From Nemertoderma westbladi (taxonomy: Eukaryota > Animalia > Xenacoelomorpha): a stretch of DNA of 39,985 nucleotides. A program made the position numbers and the translations under genes. The stretch is from the NCBI GenBank assembly GCA_032718475.1, contig JAUCBJ010008044.1:1-39985 (forward strand). Direction: 5' to 3'. The notes under the pieces were generated by a model. The model was not told where the DNA came from. It saw only the letters and a list, made by a program, of their open reading frames with translations, and did not search any database. The number at the start of each line of letters is the position of its first letter. Position 1 is the stretch's first letter. Shown here in pieces: positions 34,878 through 39,985 of this stretch.

Positions 34878-36832
34878 GGGTAAATCTTTTCGACCTACGC
34901 GTAGTTCGCAACATTGGGTCATATATCACCAGTTTCAGAGTTTTAACAATAACTACGCGTAGGTCCTACGCGACCTACGCGTAGGTGCTACGTATAACTA
35001 CGCGTAGGTGCTACCCATAACTATGCCTATACGTCGTTTATCATTAGTAGGCCTACGTATTCCAAGCGAGTCAGTACTAAAATAAGACACAATACGGTAT
35101 GTTCAATAAACAACCCACAACCATCAAATGCTTTCAACAGTAATTTATCCTATACCTGTATACTCTATGTAGTGGCATACGATAAGACTGCATATTCTTC
35201 ACTGCATGCGTTGCGGGCGGTAAAATGTGTTAATAATTAATGTTTAGAGTTCAAAAATAGTTTACAAAGGAAATAGGCCGATGGTTCTTATCGATTCTCT
35301 ATGCTTTTTATTGCCTTTGTTCACGATAGGGCAAGGATATACTGTATTTAATATGTTAACCCCTTGACAAGGGAAGGGGGAGATTGGTTGCACTTGTTAT
35401 TTAACCAAACAATTTGATTATATACAGTATTTATCAGCTTTCGCTTAACCACTTCACCGGTAGACTGGTCGCTTTATTTACTACTGTTCAATATTTAGAT
35501 AAATTATCAGTTAATCTCACAAAGACTAAAGCTGTGAAATGTAGAAACGGAGGACGTTTTTCAAACGATGATATTTTACTATTTAATGGAAAACAAATAC
35601 AATTCGTAAGAAGTTTCGAATACCTCGGAGTAGTTTTGTCAACCCAAAATGGTCCATCGGCTCATTACCAACACCTATACAATAAAGGAATAGCATGTTG
35701 TGCTCGCTTGGCTTGTAAAGTTAAGTTGACCTCGATCTCGATGCGTTCAGCAAAGAGGTTGTGGCTAGGCATTGTCCGACCTACAGTGACTTTATGGGTG
35801 TGAGATATTTACGACAGGTGATCTTGACGGCTTGGATCATGTGAGACGGACCCGCGCGTTTTACTGGAAGATGTGGGCGGGTATCTCAAAGTACTCCTCT
35901 TCAACGGACTTACTCGAAGTTATCGATAATAACGGTACGGGCAGCACTGGCCTAGACATCGAGCCCCTATACGGGTTCAGGCGTCGCGCGGCCGCTCAGC
36001 TGATCGTTAACGGCTGCCACCAACGATGCTGCGACACGCCAAAATGCTGGCGACCGACTGATACCTGCATATGCAAACTGTGTCACCGCGCTGCGGATAC
36101 GAACTTACCTTATACAATCTGCGAGGGGATCCCACCAAACACCACATCGTTACGGAAAGCAATATTTTTAATGACCCTGGAACTCTAACACTTTTAATAA
36201 TAATATGCAATAATAATAATAATTTTAATAACTTTATTTATTTTAATAATTTATTAAACCACCTCTTAACAACCTACCTAGTTTGTGTGCTACCAACAGT
36301 ATATTCAACACGCATATTTCATCTTATTTATCCGAATGTTTGGATGATAATTAAATAATTCATATTTAAATAATCCAATGGAAACAAAGATACTTGAATC
36401 ATGAGACGTGAATTTTAAGTTTACTTTTTATTCATCCTGTGTTTGTATGTGAAAGAGCCGAATATTATTTATTACCAGTGCTGTATGTAGAGATATGAGT
36501 TTCCGATTCTGTTATTCCATTTGTCTGATAATCAGATACCTGACATAAACCGATACTTGCCTAACAACTCAACCCTACCGGACTGCCGGACCTGAAATGA
36601 AAAATCATTGTTATCAGGACTGCTACGCGTAGCACCTACGCGTCGCACCTACGCGTAGAACCTACGCGTAGTTTCAAAATACTTACGCGTAGTTCCAAAA
36701 TAACTACGCGTAGATTTAAAACACCTACGCGTAGTTGTTAAAAAGGCAGTAAGTCAGGCCCTACCGGTAAATGACAGGAATGGAAGTTACAAACTACGCG
36801 TAGGCCTACGCGTAGGTCGAAAAGATTTACCC
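34878..36832. mobile_element. Non-autonomous DNA transposon with perfect 27-bp TIRs (Mutator-like)
   Basis: GGGTAAATCTTTTCGACCTACGCGTAG and its exact reverse complement. Flanks GTATTTCTG / TTATTTCTG (8 of 9 identical). More than 10 subterminal CTACGCGTAG palindromes. Confidence 0.85.
35490..36225 (+). mobile_element. 5'-truncated, frameshifted LINE (RT thumb and Cys-rich C-terminus) inside the MITE
   Basis: LSVNLTKTKAV..RNGGR...V.SFEYLGV...IVRPTV, followed by C-terminal CICKLC and an (AAT)n-like tail. Confidence 0.75.
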
Positions 36833-37279
36833 TTATTTCTGTATTTGGGGTTTTTGAAACGCAATAATTTTTATTGTCCGTTTAAATCCTTTTTTTATCC
36901 TTTTTTTTTACTTTTTATGTCCTCCAGAAATCTACCGTTAGGTTCCATGCTATCGGTTTCTCTACTGCTGTTCTCTCAGACTATCAGTACCGGTATTAGT
37001 TTTTTTTTTGACTTGTCCTCCAGAAATTTACCGTTAGGTTCCATGCTATCGGTTTCTCTACTGCTGTTCTCTCAGACTATCAGTACCGGTATTAGTATAT
37101 ATAGAGCACTATTTTGTAGTATTGCATGTACAGATGTAGGTATAAAGCAGGTATTTTAGTACCGGTACCGGCACCGGTACTGCTGTGTAGGCCTACTGTG
37201 TAGCCTACCATTTAAATGGCAGTGATTTTTTATGTCCTTTTATTTGACTTTTTTTGTCATTTTTTTTTTACGAATTATG

Positions 37280-37338
37280 CATAATGACTTTTGTTGGCCT
37301 TTTAATGACTTTTATTATCCTTTTAATGACTTTTATTA
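37280..37338. repeat. 21-bp minisatellite (~3 copies)
   Basis: Repeated ccttttaatgacttttattat units. Confidence 0.8.
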
Positions 37339-37592
37339 TCCTTTTAATGACTTTTTATGTATGTATTTCTTCAAACTGTCAGACTGCTGATTTCTGGACT
37401 GTCAGACAGTTGATTTCACTATGCCTGTGCCAAAACATTCCATGATTCCATAATTTATAGACTATGAGATAGATTTCCATATGCGCCTGTGGTAAAAAGA
37501 CTCTATATTTAATAGTTTGTGGTTGTTGTCGATAATCGATTACCACATGACGTAGCAAAACACTCATTTATAGCCAAAAACAATTACCAATT

Positions 37593-38237
37593 GATGGAAA
37601 GGAGCAGGTTAATGCCGAGTTTTCTAACCAAAACAATAAACAGTCACTTCACCAAATCAGGGAAAGGAGCAGGTTTACAGAGACGGGATTTTCTAACCAA
37701 AACAATAAAAACGATCACTTAACTAATTGAGGGAAAGGGGCAGGTTACAGAGGCGGGATTTTCTAACCAAAACAATAAACGATCACTTAACGTATTGAGG
37801 GAAAGGAGCAGGTTACAGAGGCGGGATTTTCTAACCAAAACAATAAACGATCATTTAACTAATTGAGGGAAAGGGACAGGTTACAGAGGCGGAATTTTCT
37901 AACCAAAACAATAAACGATCATTTAACTATTTGAGGGAAAGGGGCAGGTTACAGAGGCGGGATTTTCTAACCAAAACAATAAACGATCATTTAACTAATT
38001 GAGGGAAAGGAGCAGGTTACAGAGACGGGATTTTCCAACCAAAACAATAAACGACAACATAATTACCAATTGAGAGAAAGGAGCAGGTTACAGAGGCGGG
38101 ATTTTCTAACCAAAACAATAAACAATAACATTACCAATTGAGGGAAAGGAGCAGGTTACAGAGGCGGGATTATCTAACCAAAACAATAAACGATCATTTA
38201 ACTAATTGAGGGAAAGGGGCAGGTTACAGAGGCGGGC
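37593..38237 (+). repeat. ~68-bp tandem satellite (~9.5 copies)
   Basis: Unit gagggaaaggRgcaggttacagaggcgggattttctaaccaaaacaataaacgatcaYttaactaatt; starts at 37729, 37797, 37865, 37933, 38001, 38072, 38140 and 38208, plus two diverged 5' copies. Confidence 0.95.
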
Positions 38238-38744
38238 CTTCTGTGCTGTTGGAAGTAGTGGTGCCGCTATCCGTAACACTCAGACAGTAGTCATGATCCA
38301 TTATTGATTATAAAACTAATACAGTAAGGCCTAAATTATGTGAAAGGTATATCCACATTTTCCACAATCCGGCAATCCAGTTTGGCCTATCAATTATTTA
38401 AAATTTATTAGCACAACCGGTAGGCCTACCATTACCGTATTTAAATGGTAGGCTACACAGTAGGCCTATAGCAGTACCGGTGCCGGTACTAAAATACAGA
38501 AATACCTGCTTTACTGTATACCTACATCTGTACATACAATACAGCAAAATAGTGCTATATAATATACTAATACCGGTACTGATAGCCTGAGAGAACAGCA
38601 GTAGAGAAACCGGTAGCATGGAACCTAACATTAGACTTTTGGAGGACATAAAAAATCAAAAAAAAGGACAAAAAAAGGATTTAAACGGACAATAAAAATT
38701 ATTGCGCATTTACATGCGGTACTGGTAGGCCTACCGGCTGACCG

Positions 38745-38984
38745 GTTGTTTTGGTTAGAAAATCCCGCCTCTGTAATTACAGAGGCGGGATTTTCTGCTC
38801 CTTTCCCTGAATTTGTAAAGTGACCGTTTATTGTTTTTGTTAGAAAGGCCCGCCTCTGTAACCTGTTCCTTTCCTTCATTTAGTAAAGTGACTGTTTATT
38901 GTTTTGGTTAGAAAATCCCGCCTCTGTAACCTCTGCTCCTTTCCCTGATTTGGTAAAGTTACCGTTTATTGTTTTGGTTAGAAA
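38745..38984 (-). repeat. Inverted copies (~3.5) of the 68-bp satellite
   Basis: Repeated ttgttttggttagaaaatcccgcctctgtaacc...ctcctttccc. Confidence 0.9.
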
Positions 38985-39079
38985 GGCAACCCCGTCAAAA
39001 TCACAAACTCTTACACCTACCTTTCATTACACCTACCTACCATCTTACACCTTTCATTTTCCCAGCATATCCTTAAGGT

Positions 39080-39450
39080 ATTCACTAAATCTCTAGCAGT
39101 AACTCGTTCCATAAAGAACCCACGATTGTTATCTGTTTCGACGCAGCCATAAAGCTTTTTAACATTAAAATTCTATGTTTGATCGACCAGATCTACAAAC
39201 CTATTCCTACTGCTTGTAGATCCCGAAATCACATCTCTACTATATGTGAATCCTGCAATATCCTACTGTAAAGTTTGTGAATCATAAAGCATAAATCCAA
39301 CCTTCTCACCAAAACAGTAAACTCTAAGTAAGCGAATCTATTGCAGTATCAGTCTCGTTAACCGGTGAGGCAGAAAACAGTCTACGAACGGACAAACTTC
39401 GATGATACAAAATCCCGCGCAGTGAATCCTAACAATCGTGCTGACTTGCC
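39080..39450 (-). mobile_element. Highly decayed CR1-like LINE 3' fragment
   Basis: Minus-strand peptides in the expected order: ARLLGFTARDF, YCNRFAYLE, RRLDL...HKL, KLY...RGFFMERV. Many frameshifts. Confidence 0.4.
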
Positions 39451-39985
39451 GACGGACTAAAGGCGTTCGTATACTTTGCCGCGGTGTGATTTATATGGGG
39501 TGGGGGTTGCTAGCTAAATATCTAACTAGCGGACGAACTGCGGCGTGGACAAATTATTTTATATATTTCGAGGTGTAAATAATTCCTAAACGCGTGTGTG
39601 TGTTGAATTTTATAATCGAATTTTAGTTTTGTATCCCTTCATATTATATAATTTACTGGGTCCGGTGTGCCTTTTACAAATGTTCTAATTTTGCGGTCTG
39701 TAGGTCCAATACTCACAGATGATAAGGCTCCTTCCCCCTTTGTGTATTTCCAGGACTCAAATTCAGGCATAAGGTTAGTAACTACGCCCGGAATTCGGCA
39801 ATTTAAATCTACCAGGTCCCTAATACTAAGAAGAAATGTGTTAGTTTACTACAGTAGGCGTACATTTACAATAGCTAGCCTGGTCTCCTATCTAGAATTT
39901 TGGTTGCCTAGGTGGGCGTGGCAACTTCTTATCAGGATGTCGGCGGGGACACGGTAGGTGTTAGTATCCCAAATAGCCCTATTTG

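Larger units (their letters stand above)
36860..38706. repeat. Long inverted repeat pair enclosing a satellite array
   Basis: 36860-37217 matches the reverse complement of ~38439-38706. The left arm has a 96-bp tandem duplication (36918, 37014). No TSD was found. Confidence 0.8.

Noticed and set aside
37593-38237. CRISPR-like array
   Set aside because: Units are contiguous near-identical 68-mers without unique spacers; the context is eukaryotic and there are no cas genes.

Overview
AT-rich eukaryotic DNA, probably from an invertebrate metazoan (inferred from GT-AG exons, a rho-class GST, and RTE/RTE-X/Crack-type LINEs). The window is dominated by transposable elements. Host-gene pieces are: (i) the first coding exon of a class A GPCR (minus, 643-863); (ii) a truncated rho-class glutathione S-transferase (plus, 4142-~4545); and (iii) two phase-compatible plus-strand exons of an unrecognised basic protein (14760-14887, 15174-15366) that the ORF track misses. 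Two LINEs have uninterrupted ORF2s: an L2/Crack-like element (minus, ~16075-21860, PHD-APE-RT) and an RTE-X-like element (plus, ~23200-27310). The RTE-X-like element is nested inside a P-element-superfamily relic (22320-28130; 63-bp TIRs, exact 8-bp TSD, decayed THAP domain). From 22.3 to 38.7 kb, six different inverted-repeat elements lie nearly back to back. They include one with an unusual 5-bp TSD and one inserted into a perfect 24-bp palindrome. A ~68-bp satellite monomer occurs both as an array and as cargo in several elements. Also present are RTE remnants, a tRNA-derived SINE and smaller MITEs. No rRNA, true tRNA or CRISPR array was seen. Clade and superfamily assignments come from motif recognition by eye, not database searches. 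I cannot claim a new biological system; the most promising leads are the unrecognised spliced gene, the 5-bp-TSD element, the nested P/LINE composite and the mobile satellite monomer.
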